NCBI GenBank assembly: GCA_965204745.1
Contig: OZ242010.1
Coordinates: 576,001-640,000, forward strand
DNA length: 64,000 nt
Direction: 5' to 3'
From: Candidatus Latescibacterota bacterium
GTDB taxonomy: Bacteria; Latescibacterota; UBA2968
The position numbers were made by a program, and so were the translations under genes. Positions 9,346-20,189 of the stretch are shown piece after piece. The notes under the pieces are model-generated. The model was not told where the DNA came from. It worked only from the letters and a program-made list of their open reading frames with translations, and ran no database searches. The first letter of the stretch is position 1, and each line of letters opens with the position of its first letter.

Positions 9346-10128
9346 ATGAAATTTGTCGTTGCGGTCGATTGCGAAGGTGTGGCTTGTGGCGTGGGATCCC
9401 CGGGCGCGTCCCTCAATTCGTCTCGAAACTTGGCGTTCGCGCAATTACAGGCCACGCGAGAAGCAGACGCGGCGGTTCGGGGGTTGTTTGACGCAGGGGC
9501 CGAACAGGTGATCGTGTGGGACAACCACAACGGGAGCTTGAATCTCGATTACGACTTGTTGGACGAGCGGTGCGACATCGCGCTCGGCGTGGGCTTTGAA
9601 CACCGGTTTCCCGGCATGGACGAATCGTTTGACGGGGTCGCGCTGGTGGGCTATCACGCGATGGACAACACCATTGACGGGGTGATGTGCCACACGTTTA
9701 GCTCAGCCACGTATCAATGGATCGAGATCAACGGCCGCGAAGTGGGCGAAATGGCGATAGACGCGGCGGTTGCCGGTGAACGGGGCGTACCCGTCATTTT
9801 CGTATCTAGCGATGACAAGGGCACGGCAGAAGCCGAACAATTTTTCCCCGGCGTCGTCACGGTCACGACCAAGCAGGGCATGGGATGGAATTGCGCGGTG
9901 AGCAAACACCCCCGGCGCGTGGAACGCGAAATCTTCGACTCGGTTCAAAAAGCCGTGGCAAAGCGCGAGGCGATCAAACCCTTTGCATTCTCGCGGCCCC
10001 TGACGATAGAGACGCGCTACAAACGCCTCGAAGCCGCACAATCGGCAAGTCGCGGCTTTCACGGCGCAGAGCGCGTTGACGCCTACACTGTGCGCCGAAC
10101 CTTGCAATCCATTTGCGACTATTATTGA
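9346..10128 (+). CDS. M55 family D-aminopeptidase (DppA-like)
   Basis: DCEG (DxEG), WDNH, VGYHA, CHTFS and SSDD motifs. Confidence 0.92.
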   Translation: MKFVVAVDCEGVACGVGSPGASLNSSRNLAFAQLQATREADAAVRGLFDAGAEQVIVWDNHNGSLNLDYDLLDERCDIALGVGFEHRFPGMDESFDGVALVGYHAMDNTIDGVMCHTFSSATYQWIEINGREVGEMAIDAAVAGERGVPVIFVSSDDKGTAEAEQFFPGVVTVTTKQGMGWNCAVSKHPRRVEREIFDSVQKAVAKREAIKPFAFSRPLTIETRYKRLEAAQSASRGFHGAERVDAYTVRRTLQSICDYY

Positions 10129-10353
10129 CCTGCCCGCACGACCGTAGCCTAAAACGAAGCGTGGCGAATAATCGGGGAAGATGGACTTTATCCCCCTTGT
10201 ATCTTTGGGCGAGCACGGGGGCATCGCCTAAAAAGGTGAGAGGTGAGAGGCAAGACGGGAGAAGCCCCACCCTCACTGCTCGCCTTTGAACTGGCTGTCG
10301 CCAGTTGTACCCCGCTCGTGCTTGCTATTCCCCAAATTGAGAAAGGTGCGATC

Positions 10354-11808
10354 ATGAAAATTTTGCTCGCGGCATTCAAACAGGAAACCTCCAGTTTCAA
10401 CCCGGCGCGCACGCCTTACGACCTGTTCAACGTGCGGTTTGGCGACGCGTTGTACGCACTGCGCGGTAGCAACACGGAAATCGCCGGCGCGCTCGATGTC
10501 TTTGATGGCCGGCGCGACCTTGACCTCGTGCCCCTGTATTCGGCCTCGTCGGTCTCGGGCGGGCCAGTCGCCGATGCGGCCCTTGACCGGCTGATGGACG
10601 AATTGCTCGCCGCCGTTCGCAACAACGCGCCCGCAGATGGGATGCTCATGGTTTTTCACGGCGCGATGGCCGGCGAAACCGAAGTGGATCCCGAAGGCCA
10701 TGTCCTGTCCGAAATCCGCGCCATCCTCGGCGATGTGCCCATCGTCACCACCTTTGACCTGCACGGCATCATCACGGACCGCTTGGTCGCGCATTCCGAC
10801 ATCATGGTGCCATTCCACACCTATCCGCACATCGACATGTACGAAACCGGCCAACGGGGTGCGCGCAACTTGCTCGCCCTGCTTGACGACAATGTCAAAC
10901 CCACAGTGGCGCGCGTCCGCCTGCCCATGCTCGTGCGGGGGGACGAACTCATCACCAAAACCGGCCGCTTTGGACAGGCCATCCGCTGGTGTCAGGATAT
11001 CGAAAACTCCGAAGGCGGTCTGGGCAGTGGGGTTTATATCGGCAACCCCTTCACAGACGTGCCGGACTTGCGCTCCAACGTGATCGTCTTCACGGACAAC
11101 GACCCCAACCGCGCCCGAGATGAGGCCGAGCGCATTGCCCGATACCTGTGGGACAACCGCGATCACTTCACTGCTCCGCTCGTGTCAATTCCGGACGCGA
11201 TTCGCTTGGCCGAACAAACCGAGGGGCTCACGGTATTTTCCGATGCTGCGGACGCCACCTCGTCCGGCGCGTCTGGGGATAGCAACGCCATTCTCAAGGG
11301 CTTGTTTGAACACGGATACACGGGCCGCACGCTCCTGCCGATAGTCGATCCACCGGCCGTTGAAGCCGCGTTTCGCGCAGGCGTGGGCGCGACCCTCACC
11401 CTGCCCATTGGCGGCGCGATAGACAAAACGCGCTTTTCCCCTATCGAATGCGAGGTTTATGTCAAATTGCTCACGGATGGCGACTACACCACGGGCACGG
11501 GCACATCCGGGCGTGCGGGCAACACCGCTGTTCTCGCGACCAACACGTACAGTATCATGGCGACCACGCGCCCGGTCAGCATTATGGATCGCAAGGTTTT
11601 TGAAGCGCGGGGCCTGGATCCGCGGGATTTCGATTTGGTCGTGTGCAAATCGCCCAATGGCTTTCGGGTTCACTACGAAGAAATCGCGGCCCGAATCGTG
11701 CCCGTGGATGCGCCCGGCTCGACCAGCGCCAACCTCAAATCCCTGCCCTATACCCAATGCCCGCGGCCCATATTTCCGTTGGATGAAGCGGTGAGATGGG
11801 AGACGTGA
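10354..11808 (+). CDS. M81 family metallopeptidase (MlrC-like)
   Basis: QETSSF, FHGAM, DPEG, DLHG and HTYPHIDM motifs. Confidence 0.92.
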   Translation: MKILLAAFKQETSSFNPARTPYDLFNVRFGDALYALRGSNTEIAGALDVFDGRRDLDLVPLYSASSVSGGPVADAALDRLMDELLAAVRNNAPADGMLMVFHGAMAGETEVDPEGHVLSEIRAILGDVPIVTTFDLHGIITDRLVAHSDIMVPFHTYPHIDMYETGQRGARNLLALLDDNVKPTVARVRLPMLVRGDELITKTGRFGQAIRWCQDIENSEGGLGSGVYIGNPFTDVPDLRSNVIVFTDNDPNRARDEAERIARYLWDNRDHFTAPLVSIPDAIRLAEQTEGLTVFSDAADATSSGASGDSNAILKGLFEHGYTGRTLLPIVDPPAVEAAFRAGVGATLTLPIGGAIDKTRFSPIECEVYVKLLTDGDYTTGTGTSGRAGNTAVLATNTYSIMATTRPVSIMDRKVFEARGLDPRDFDLVVCKSPNGFRVHYEEIAARIVPVDAPGSTSANLKSLPYTQCPRPIFPLDEAVRWET

Positions 11809-11813
11809 GATGC

Positions 11814-11880
11814 AGTGGTCAGTCCCCGCCCATCGCCGCCCAACCAGAGGGAAGACGTGAGACGTGAGAGGCAAGAGGAC
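11814..11880 (+). repeat. Composite repeat: AGTGGTCAGT, CCCCGCCC linker, GACGTGA/GAGGCAA heptamers
   Basis: Read directly, just after the MlrC-like gene stop. Confidence 0.65.
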
Positions 11881-11993
11881 CATCGTCAGGCTGACGATGA
11901 CCGAGCGGGGAAGGAAACGCACTTGGCGGGGCGGTATCGGGCAGGGCACGCACATGGCGGGGTGGGGTAGTGGCGGGGCTATGTTTTCGCCTT

Positions 11994-14222
11994 TCATCCG
12001 CGTTTAGGTGTTTCCCCCTCCAACAACGCATTAAACGTCTCACTCGGGCGCATGGCGGAGGTCATTTTTGCTTCGTTTGGAAAATAATAACCGCCAATAT
12101 CGACGGCTGACCCTTGCGCTGCATCGAGTTCGGCCATGATCCTCGTTTCATTCGCTTCGAGTTGTTGCGCCAATCGGGTAAATCGCGCTTGAAGATCAGC
12201 GTCCTTATCTTGCGCCGCCAATGCCTGTGCCCAATACAGCGCGAGGTAAAAATGGCTGCCGCGATTGTCCAACTCGTGTACCACGCGCGAAGGAGATTTT
12301 CCGTTGTTCAAAAATTCGCGCGTTGCCCCATTCAGCGCGTCGGCCAAAATTTTGATCCGCTCATCGTCCGTCTTGTGCCCCAGGTCTTCCAAAGACGCGG
12401 CAAGGGCCAAAAATTCCCCGAGTGAATCCCAGCGCAAATGCCCTTCCGCCACAAATTGCTGAACGTGCTTGGGAGCCGATCCTGCCGCGCCGGTTTCAAA
12501 CAGACTTCCCCCGGCCAAAAGCGGCACGATGGAAAGCATCTTCGCGCTCGTGCCCAATTCGAGAATGGGAAACAGGTCCGTGAGGTAATCGCGCAACACA
12601 TTGCCCGTGACCGAGATGGTATCTTTGCCGTCGCGGGCGCGCTCCAAAGTCACGCGCATGGCTTTTGTCGGCGACATGATGCGAATGTCCAAACCGCTCG
12701 TATCGCGTGCGTCCAAATACGCATGGACTTTATCCATCACATTTTTGTCGTGCGCCCTGTTCTCATCCAACCAGAAAATCGCCGGCGCGCCCGTTATGCG
12801 TGCGCGCTTGACCGCGAGCTCGACCCAGTCGCGGATCGGCAAATCCCTCGTCTGACACGCCCGCCAGATATCCCCCTTTCCCACGTCATGCGCGAGCAAG
12901 ACCCGGCCGCGGTGATCGACGACGCGAACCCGGCCCTGCGCCGCCATTTCAAACGTCTTATCGTGCGAGCCGTATTCCTCTGCCTTTTGCGCTGTCAGCC
13001 CCACATTGGACACATTGCCCATCGCGGTCACGTCAAACGCCCCGTGTTCCTTGTGAAACGCAATCAGCTCTTGATACACCCGCGCATAACACCGATCCGG
13101 GATGGTGAACTTGGTATCGCAAAGCGCGCCATCCGGCCCCCACATGCGCCCGGATTCGCGGATCGCCGTCGGCATCGAGGCGTCTATGATCACATCGCTG
13201 GGCACGTGCAAATTGGTGATCCCCCGGTCCGAGTTGACCATCGCGAGTTTTGCCCGCCGCGCAGAACGAGCAGCGATATCCGCTTCGATTTCCGCGCGTT
13301 GCCCATCCGGCAGGCGTTTGATTTTTTCGTACACCTCGCCAATGCCATTATTCGGGTCGATGCCGAGTTCGGCAAACACCGCCGCGTGTTTTTCAAACGC
13401 GGCTTTGTAATACACAGAAACCGAGTGCCCAAACAAAATCGGGTCCGAGACCTTCATCATCGTGGCTTTGAGATGCAGGGAAAACAATACCCCTTTGGCG
13501 TTCGCATCCGCGATTTCCGCCTCGTAAAACGCGCGCAATGCCCGACAATCCATCACAGCCGCATCCACGATTTCACCTGCCGCAACGGGGATATCCTCCT
13601 TGAGAACCGTCGCCTTGCCATCGCCAGCCACAAATTCAATTTTGAGCGTTCCCGCCTCTGCGATCACCACGGATTGTTCGCTGCTGTAAAAATCCCCGTC
13701 GCGCATATACGCCACATGGGATTTTGAATCCGAGTGCCAGTCGCCCATCGGATGGGGATTGTTTTTCGCGTATTCCTTGACCGCTGTTGCCACCCTGCGA
13801 TCCGAGTTCCCCTCGCGCAAAACCGGGTTCACCGCGCTGCCCAAAATTTTTGCATATCGGGCCTTAATTTTTTGCTCTGCACGGGTCTTGGGGTCTTCGA
13901 CATAGTCCGGAACGCCGTAGCCCTTGCCCTGCAATTCCGCTATCGCAGCGGTCAACTGCGGCACCGAAGCACTGATATTGGGCAATTTGATAATATTCGC
14001 CACCGGCGTTTTTGCCAGTTCCCCCAAGGCCGCCAAATCGTCGGGTTGCCGCTGGCTCTCCGTCAAATGCTCTGGAAAACTCGCAATGATCCTGCCCGCG
14101 AGCGAAATGTCTTTTGTCTCAACTTCAATCCCAGCCGGTGCCGCAAAAACTTTGATAATCGGCAACAACGAACACGTTGCCAATGCCGGGGCTTCATCCG
14201 TTTTTGTATAGACGAGTGTCAT
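11994..14222 (-). CDS. icd: Monomeric NADP-dependent isocitrate dehydrogenase
   Basis: [56 protein letters not shown]. Confidence 0.97.
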   Translation of the reverse strand: MTLVYTKTDEAPALATCSLLPIIKVFAAPAGIEVETKDISLAGRIIASFPEHLTESQRQPDDLAALGELAKTPVANIIKLPNISASVPQLTAAIAELQGKGYGVPDYVEDPKTRAEQKIKARYAKILGSAVNPVLREGNSDRRVATAVKEYAKNNPHPMGDWHSDSKSHVAYMRDGDFYSSEQSVVIAEAGTLKIEFVAGDGKATVLKEDIPVAAGEIVDAAVMDCRALRAFYEAEIADANAKGVLFSLHLKATMMKVSDPILFGHSVSVYYKAAFEKHAAVFAELGIDPNNGIGEVYEKIKRLPDGQRAEIEADIAARSARRAKLAMVNSDRGITNLHVPSDVIIDASMPTAIRESGRMWGPDGALCDTKFTIPDRCYARVYQELIAFHKEHGAFDVTAMGNVSNVGLTAQKAEEYGSHDKTFEMAAQGRVRVVDHRGRVLLAHDVGKGDIWRACQTRDLPIRDWVELAVKRARITGAPAIFWLDENRAHDKNVMDKVHAYLDARDTSGLDIRIMSPTKAMRVTLERARDGKDTISVTGNVLRDYLTDLFPILELGTSAKMLSIVPLLAGGSLFETGAAGSAPKHVQQFVAEGHLRWDSLGEFLALAASLEDLGHKTDDERIKILADALNGATREFLNNGKSPSRVVHELDNRGSHFYLALYWAQALAAQDKDADLQARFTRLAQQLEANETRIMAELDAAQGSAVDIGGYYFPNEAKMTSAMRPSETFNALLEGETPKRG

Positions 14223-14300
14223 AGATATTCCCTGAGTTTTGGGGTGATGTGGATTAGGGATTTTCATCGGCAACTTGCCAAACTGCTCACTCTTCGCCTT

Positions 14301-14368
14301 GCATCCGTGTCATCCGCGTAATCCGTTTAATCCGCGATCTGCCTTTCATCCGCGCAATCCGTTTAATC
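14301..14368 (+). repeat. 9-bp-period repeat (AATCCGCGT / CATCCGCGT)
   Basis: Same motif as the core of the ~110-bp dispersed element and as 989-1010. Confidence 0.6.
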
Positions 14369-15742
14369 CATGATCGCTTTTTCCCACATTGCCACGTATT
14401 CTTCGGGCGCGAGGGGCCAGAGAGAGCCATGGTCGGCTCGCATTTGGGCGTGGTTTTTGGCGTGCATGTCTTCGGCTTGGGCGGCGATCACGGCAGGGTC
14501 TTCGGGAATGGCGCCATGGGTGTCAAAGGTCTCGATCCAGTTGTCCACGCGACCGCGCAGGTCGGTGAGCACAGCGCGGTGATCGGGCGAGTCCGCGAGG
14601 TTGTGGATCTCGTGCGGGTCCGCTTGCAGGTCGTAGAGTTCCTCGTAGGGCCGGTAGGGCGCGAGGAATTTGGCTTGGGCGTCTGTGAGTTTGCCCTGTT
14701 TGGCGAGCACCGGGAGGAGTGTCCACAGCGGATATTGCTGGTGTTTGTACCTGTTGAATTGCATGTACGGGCGATCTGGATGGTAGTTGCGAATGTACTT
14801 GTACTGTTTCGTCCGCACGCAGCGAATCCGATCCACTGTGCCGTCGCACCGGTCGCGGGCAGAGAAAATTTCACTGCGCGACGTGGCATCGTCCCCCAAG
14901 AAGATGTTGCCCTGCATCTCGGCCGGGACATCCAACCCGGCGAGCGAGAGCGCGGTGGGGGCAAAGTCGATGCCGCTGACGAGTTCATCGCTCACGACGC
15001 CCGCGTCAATCCCCGAGGGCCACCGCGCGATGCAGGGCACGCGAATGCCGCCGTCGTAGAGAAATTGCTTGTCGCGGATGTGGGCACGCCCGTGGTCCGC
15101 GATGAGGAAAACAATGGTGTTGTCGGCTATGCCCTCGTCTTCGAGCCGCTGGAGCACCCGACCGACCTTGCGGTCAAACACCTGAACGCTTTCGAGGTAC
15201 ATGGCCCAATCTTTTCGCACGAGCGGATGATCCGGATAATAAGGCGGGAGTTCCACCGAGTCCGGGTCGATGGGATTTTCCGGGTCGGGCGTGAAATTTC
15301 GGTGCGTGTCCGTGATGTTGTTTTGCGCGTAAAACGGCTGACCCTCTGCGCGTTGGGCCCAGTCGATGCCGTCGAAGACGTCTTTGCGCTGAAAGTTGAA
15401 ATCGGTCTTGCCGGGCTTGTCAAATGGCGGGCCCGGGCTGTTGCACGTATAATATCCCGCGTCCCGAAAGTAGTCCGTGATGAGGCGAATGTCACGCGGC
15501 AGTGGGACATCGCGCTTGCTGCGGTGATTGTGCGCGTCAATGCTGGTTTGGTACCGGCCCGTGATGATGGCCGACCTGCTCGGCGAACACACCGGGCAGG
15601 TGACAAACGCATTCGTAAAGAGCGTCCCCTCCGACGCCAGTTGGTCGATGTTCGGGGTTTGTACAACCGGCGTGCCATAACAGGCGAGATTGGGATACAG
15701 GTCTTCGCCGTAGATCCAGAGGATGTTGGGTTTATCAGTCAT
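14363..15742 (-). CDS. Cys-type (S1) sulfatase
   Basis: KPNILWI, CSPSRSAIITG, ADHG, LYDGGIRVP, ELYDL..DPHE motifs. Confidence 0.95.
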   Translation of the reverse strand: MTDKPNILWIYGEDLYPNLACYGTPVVQTPNIDQLASEGTLFTNAFVTCPVCSPSRSAIITGRYQTSIDAHNHRSKRDVPLPRDIRLITDYFRDAGYYTCNSPGPPFDKPGKTDFNFQRKDVFDGIDWAQRAEGQPFYAQNNITDTHRNFTPDPENPIDPDSVELPPYYPDHPLVRKDWAMYLESVQVFDRKVGRVLQRLEDEGIADNTIVFLIADHGRAHIRDKQFLYDGGIRVPCIARWPSGIDAGVVSDELVSGIDFAPTALSLAGLDVPAEMQGNIFLGDDATSRSEIFSARDRCDGTVDRIRCVRTKQYKYIRNYHPDRPYMQFNRYKHQQYPLWTLLPVLAKQGKLTDAQAKFLAPYRPYEELYDLQADPHEIHNLADSPDHRAVLTDLRGRVDNWIETFDTHGAIPEDPAVIAAQAEDMHAKNHAQMRADHGSLWPLAPEEYVAMWEKAIMD

Positions 15743-15829
15743 GGGAAAATCCTTTGTGTAACAGATGGAATAGCGCGATGGGGTCTGACGACTGCTTCGG
15801 CCGGGCACAGAGGCACCGCCCCTACGCTC

Positions 15830-16633
15830 TCACCTTGCGCCGCACGCTTGTAGCGATGCCTGCATGTGCCCGCGGGTTTCCGCGCCGATGATGCAACACT
15901 GTTCCAAACTGTATCCTTGGGCCTTTGTGCCGATGACCTCGAGATTGACCGGGCCATCGTACCCGTTTTCGTGCAGGACGCGGATGTACCCGACCAAGTC
16001 GATATCCCCGCGGCCATTGGCCTGATTGTGCGGTTCACCAGGGCCGCGTTCCCTGCCTTTGCAGTCGCGGATGTGGATGTGTTTGACGCGCGAGATCACG
16101 GCGGCGATGGCTTCGACTGGGTTTTCATTTGCGCGGTGAATGTGCGACGGATCCATGTCGATGCCAAAGGCGGGGGACGTGATGGCGTCCATTGCGCGCA
16201 GGGTGGTCGGCGTGTTGTAAATGGCCGCGCCTACGTGGGCTTTGACGCAAAGGGTGACGCCGTACTTTTCCGCCATGTGGGCGAGGTTGCCCAGAGAATT
16301 GATGCTTTGCTGGAAGGTCGCTTCGTCATCCGATTTCCCCCCCGGCCCGCAGTTGACGATGGGAATGCCCGCTTCGTTTGCGGCCTGAAACGCCGTTTCC
16401 ATCATGACGGGGTCTTGTTTGGGTTGTTCCATAGCGAGCAGGTCGAGGCCGTATTCTCGCCCCAAGCGTTTGGCTTCTCGCGCTGTTTCGCGCCAGTTGT
16501 CGAGGACGAGGTGCTGGCTCATCCCGCCAATCGCCGAGACTTCAATCCCGTCATACCCAGCCATCGCCGTGTACTTAAACGCGGTCTCCATATCCCACGC
16601 GCCAAAAAGAACCGAGTTCAATCCGAGTTTCAT
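15830..16633 (-). CDS. Sugar phosphate isomerase/epimerase (xylose-isomerase-like TIM barrel)
   Basis: AGYDGIE, DPSH, HIHIRD, GYDGPVNLE. Confidence 0.85.
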   Translation of the reverse strand: MKLGLNSVLFGAWDMETAFKYTAMAGYDGIEVSAIGGMSQHLVLDNWRETAREAKRLGREYGLDLLAMEQPKQDPVMMETAFQAANEAGIPIVNCGPGGKSDDEATFQQSINSLGNLAHMAEKYGVTLCVKAHVGAAIYNTPTTLRAMDAITSPAFGIDMDPSHIHRANENPVEAIAAVISRVKHIHIRDCKGRERGPGEPHNQANGRGDIDLVGYIRVLHENGYDGPVNLEVIGTKAQGYSLEQCCIIGAETRGHMQASLQACGAR

Positions 16634-16740
16634 GTTTCCTCCTGTGGTGAAAGAAAGCCCCCAACCCCGGTATTCGCTCTGCTCGGGGAATCGAGACAAC
16701 CAAAAGATGGCAGAATACCTCTGTCCCACCTCGGGAAGGG

Positions 16741-16824
16741 GTTATCATCGCTTCATCGCCGGCAAATCCACCTGACCACTGACCACTGACTACGTTATCA
16801 TCGCTTCATCGCTGGCAAATCCAC
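16741..16824. repeat. 31-bp direct repeat (16741-16771 / 16794-16824) flanking a CTGACCA heptamer tract
   Basis: GTTATCATCGCTTCATCGC[C/T]GGCAAATCCAC twice, separated by CTGACCA CTGACCA CTGACTA C. Confidence 0.92.
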
Positions 16825-17850
16825 GCGCGCGCCGCGCACGGCAATGGCTTCCCGCGAAAGCCGCGCTATCGGGGCTTCGCCCTTGAGTACCCGTTCAAAA
16901 TCGTCGGCGATCACATGGGCGGCTTGCACGTTTGCGTCTTTTGTGCGCCCGGCAATGTGCGGGGTGTGTACCACGTTGACCCGATTTCGCAACAAATCGT
17001 CTGTGGGCACGGGTTCATTGTCGTACACGTCGAACGCGCCCGCGAGTTCATGGGCGATGATGCGCTCGCGCAAGGCGTCCATATCCACGGCATGCGCCCG
17101 CGTGGTAATCGCGACCAGCGCGCCCTTTTGCAACCGATAAATGCGTTCCCGCGACAGAATTTTCCTCGCCGACGGCGTCGGCGGGATGGTGACGATGACG
17201 ATCTCGCAGGCATCGACCAACGCATCCATTTCCACGCCTTCCACGCCGAGTTCGTCCAGCCGCGCTTTGGGGATGAACGGGTCGTAGCCGAGCACGCGCG
17301 CGCCGAGTGCGCCGCACCACTTTGCCACGCGCCCGCCGATTTGCCCCAGTCCCATGACGCCCACGGTTTTTGTGCCCAACGTGCCGTTGACAAAATCCGG
17401 GTGGTCGCAAAATTGCGCGTATTCAAAGTTCCACAGGCGTTCGCCCGCGGCCATGCGTTTGTGCCACTGGGGGATCATCCGCAGCGCGTTCAAGGTCAAC
17501 GCGAGGGTGACTTCTGCCACGGATTGTGCCCACGCCCGCGTGCCGTCGATCATGGGAATGTCGCGTTCAAACAGGGTATCGACCGGGCAACTGCGATGCC
17601 CCCAGTTGTCCAACACCGCGCCGATGGCCTTCAATTCCGGTGCTTTTGCCAAACACGCTTCGGTCAACACCCCGCCGAACAGCGCGATAGCCGAGACCCG
17701 CGACAAGTCCGTGACTTCTCCCAACGGCGCGCCGCGTTCCACCTGCACCACGCGCACCTCGTCCAATTCATGCAACCGCGCCATCAATGCCTCGGGCACA
17801 AAGGGCCACGTCCGCTCCAAATTTTCCGTCCGCGCAAATACAATCGCCAT
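16798..17850 (-). CDS. D-isomer specific 2-hydroxyacid dehydrogenase
   Basis: GVMGLGQIG Rossmann motif, YDPF, DVYDNEP, TPHIAG. Confidence 0.92.
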   Translation of the reverse strand: MAIVFARTENLERTWPFVPEALMARLHELDEVRVVQVERGAPLGEVTDLSRVSAIALFGGVLTEACLAKAPELKAIGAVLDNWGHRSCPVDTLFERDIPMIDGTRAWAQSVAEVTLALTLNALRMIPQWHKRMAAGERLWNFEYAQFCDHPDFVNGTLGTKTVGVMGLGQIGGRVAKWCGALGARVLGYDPFIPKARLDELGVEGVEMDALVDACEIVIVTIPPTPSARKILSRERIYRLQKGALVAITTRAHAVDMDALRERIIAHELAGAFDVYDNEPVPTDDLLRNRVNVVHTPHIAGRTKDANVQAAHVIADDFERVLKGEAPIARLSREAIAVRGARVDLPAMKR

Positions 17851-17876
17851 GTCGATCTCTCCTGTTAATGGATGTG

Positions 17877-17936
17877 TCATGCTGAGGCAACCGCCACACT
17901 GGCAAAGCCTCTCCTATACGCTACGCTCAGAATGAC
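17877..17936. repeat. Short palindromic element GTCATGCTGAG...CTCAGAATGAC
   Basis: 11-bp imperfect terminal inverted repeats. Confidence 0.5.
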
Positions 17937-18035
17937 GAGGCAGTGCTTGCGAGATAATAACACGCCTTGCCCAGACAGACAAGAACCAAAACCACCGGGG
18001 GATATTATCTTTTTTCTGATTAAGGCAGGTGTCTG

Positions 18036-18384
18036 CTAGATCCTGCACGCGCCAATGCCTTTTAGCTCCAACGCATCTTTGAATCGCTTTTTGAGTTCGT
18101 TGAGGAGTCTTGGTACTTTTGCCAAGAAGGCAAAGCGAAAGGTCGTTTGCTCAACGGTTAGAAATTTGATTGGAAAGTTGCAGAAGTTGCTGTGTTTGCC
18201 GTTCTCTCAACTGTTCAATCAGTTCGTCAAACTTCTGAGAGGGCCTCTGAAAGTTGAATTTGTATTTTGCTCCCTCTTTCTTACCCTCCAAGCAATGTCG
18301 ATAGCGTAGGGCGCAGTTTTCAATCTGATTGGATTGCACCAATTGTGCAGTGTCGAATGGATGATATTTAGGTTCTGTTGACAT
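18036..18384 (-). pseudogene. AT-richer degraded ORF of unknown function
   Basis: 77-aa ORF, plus a protein-like continuation in another frame (FPIKFLTVEQ...LLNELKKRFKDALELKG*). Confidence 0.3.
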
Positions 18385-18450
18385 CTGGGATATCTTGATT
18401 TACTCTGTGTATGTCAAAACTTACTCTCTCCGAACCAATGGCCTAAAATT

Positions 18451-18591
18451 CTCGCATTCATCCGATCTAAGCATGGACAGGTTGCCGTGATTCCGCCCCG
18501 GTCTGATCGCAAGACCCCGCGTGGCTATGATCACCACCGGTACCAGCAACGCAATTTGATTGAGCGGTTCAAAAAAAAAATGAAGCCGTAA
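18451..18591 (+). pseudogene. IS5-family transposase C-terminal remnant
   Basis: Manual translation LAFIRSKHGQVAVIPPRSDRKTPRGYDHHRYQQRNLIERFKKKMKP*, matching the IS5/IS427 AVIPP..R...YD...Y..RNLIERF motif. Confidence 0.75.
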
Positions 18592-18604
18592 CTCAACCCC
18601 TAAG

Positions 18605-19061
18605 TTGTCAGTAGTCAGTTGTCAGTCCGCCCTGCCCTTCAACCCCTCAAGTGAGACGGGAGAGGGGAATGGCGAGAGGGTTTTTGGGGTTCATGGCGTG
18701 ATCCATTCGCCCAAAGCCATCAGAATAGCCCTGGATACAAACCTTCAAGAAAGCCATGCGCTCCCCCCTTTCCTTGTAGGCACAGGCGTAGCCTACAAGG
18801 AGCGAAGCGAATAACGGGGGCCGGGGGGATAGGTCGCATTTTCATGGCATTATCCATTCGCCCAAAGCCATCAGAACAAGCATAGATATAAGCCATCAAA
18901 GGAACGCTACTCCCCTTTCCTCGTAGGAAAGGGGCCGGGGGATAGGGCTATGGCGGCAGGGCGTGCGAAGGACACTGCGGAGTGGGAACGATGAAGCGGC
19001 GGCAGGGCGGTGTGGGGTAATCCGCGTAATCTGCGTAATCCGTTTAATCCGCGATTCAGAC
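18605..19061. repeat. Mosaic of dispersed repeats (heptamer tract, MITE-like arms, ~110-bp element in reverse)
   Basis: Shares blocks with 34701-35170, 42981-43169, 46304-46645 and 50148-50376. Confidence 0.8.
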
Positions 19062-19275
19062 ACGGCGGGGTGAGGACGGGACAGGCACGCATTTGGAGGC
19101 TTCGGATCTGATTTTGGTGATTGTGCCGGCTTATGCCCACGAACCGTTTGCCCTCGTCTGCGCGTCGCATCTCAAGACCGAACATACGGTTGTGCTTTGG
19201 CGTTGACAACTGACCGCTAATAGCGTCTTGTCTCCCCTCTTGCCTCTCCCCTCTCCCCTCTCACGGAGGTTTATC

Positions 19276-20106
19276 ATGATTATTGATCCCCATCTCCACG
19301 TCTGGAGCGATGACGCAAAGACCTATCCCTTTTGCGCGAGCCGGCCCAACCAGCCGGGGTCGGTTGAACTTTTGTTCGACACGATGGCGGAAGCAGGGGT
19401 GGAAAAAGCCGTTATCGTCCAACCCATCCACTACCTTTTTGACAATCGCTATGTTGCCGATTGTCTCAAGCGGTATCCGGACAAACTCGCGGCGCAAGCA
19501 CTCGTCGATCCCACATCACCCGATGCCGCAGATGAACTGGAGCGTTTGCACAGGGAAGAAGGGTTTGGCGGCATGCGGATTCACCTGTCGCGCTACGGGG
19601 ATCCGGCCGGTCTCGCGGCACACGACAAAGACGCGCTTTGGGCACGCGCTCGGGATCTCGGGCTGTGTTTTAATCTGTTTGGCAATGCCGAGGATCACCC
19701 GGCCATCGAACCCATGATCGCGCGATTTCCCGAGGTCAATGTCGTGGTCGATCACCTTGCGGGCATTCCGGCTGACGAACCGGATCCCAAGCCCTTGCTC
19801 GCCAATTTGCTCAACTGGGCGCGTTATCCCAATGTGCATATCAAAATTTCCAATGTGGGGCAACGATCCAACGCACCCTATCCGCACCGCGATACCCATG
19901 ACATGATCAAACGCATTTACGATGTCTATGGCGCGGAACGCCTGATGTGGGGCACGGATTTTCCCCATGTGCTCAAGGGCTGCGGGTACGGGGAATCGCT
20001 GGACTTGATCCGCAACCACATGTTCTTCACCGCCGAGGATCTCGACTGGATTCTGTGCAAAACAATTCGCAAACTCTGGTCTTTTGACGAGCGCGGATCC
20101 GACTAA
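19276..20106 (+). CDS. Amidohydrolase_2 family protein
   Basis: IDPHLHVW, VVDHLAG, IKIS, LMWGTDFPH; GGAGG RBS. Confidence 0.92.
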   Translation: MIIDPHLHVWSDDAKTYPFCASRPNQPGSVELLFDTMAEAGVEKAVIVQPIHYLFDNRYVADCLKRYPDKLAAQALVDPTSPDAADELERLHREEGFGGMRIHLSRYGDPAGLAAHDKDALWARARDLGLCFNLFGNAEDHPAIEPMIARFPEVNVVVDHLAGIPADEPDPKPLLANLLNWARYPNVHIKISNVGQRSNAPYPHRDTHDMIKRIYDVYGAERLMWGTDFPHVLKGCGYGESLDLIRNHMFFTAEDLDWILCKTIRKLWSFDERGSD

Positions 20107-20146
20107 AAAGAGCCATAACAGATGTTGTTATGGCTATGCTTCCCCG

Positions 20147-20189
20147 ACCCCTCCCTGCAATGGGGAGGGGCGTTTTTATTTTTTATTTA
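20147..20189. terminator. Intrinsic terminator between convergent genes
   Basis: CCCCTCCC-tgcaatg-GGGAGGGG followed by T-runs; a second hairpin at 20111-20135. Confidence 0.65.

Noticed and set aside
18151-18153. TGA readthrough or selenocysteine in the AT-richer ORF
   Set aside because: No SECIS-like hairpin or redox motif; a frameshifted remnant explains it better.
18907-19209. Small ORFs containing PPCLNRGLNGLRRLRGLP (also 34679-34924 and 46273-46548) as a peptide family
   Set aside because: They are translations of the ~110-bp dispersed repeat with no shared start, RBS or stop.
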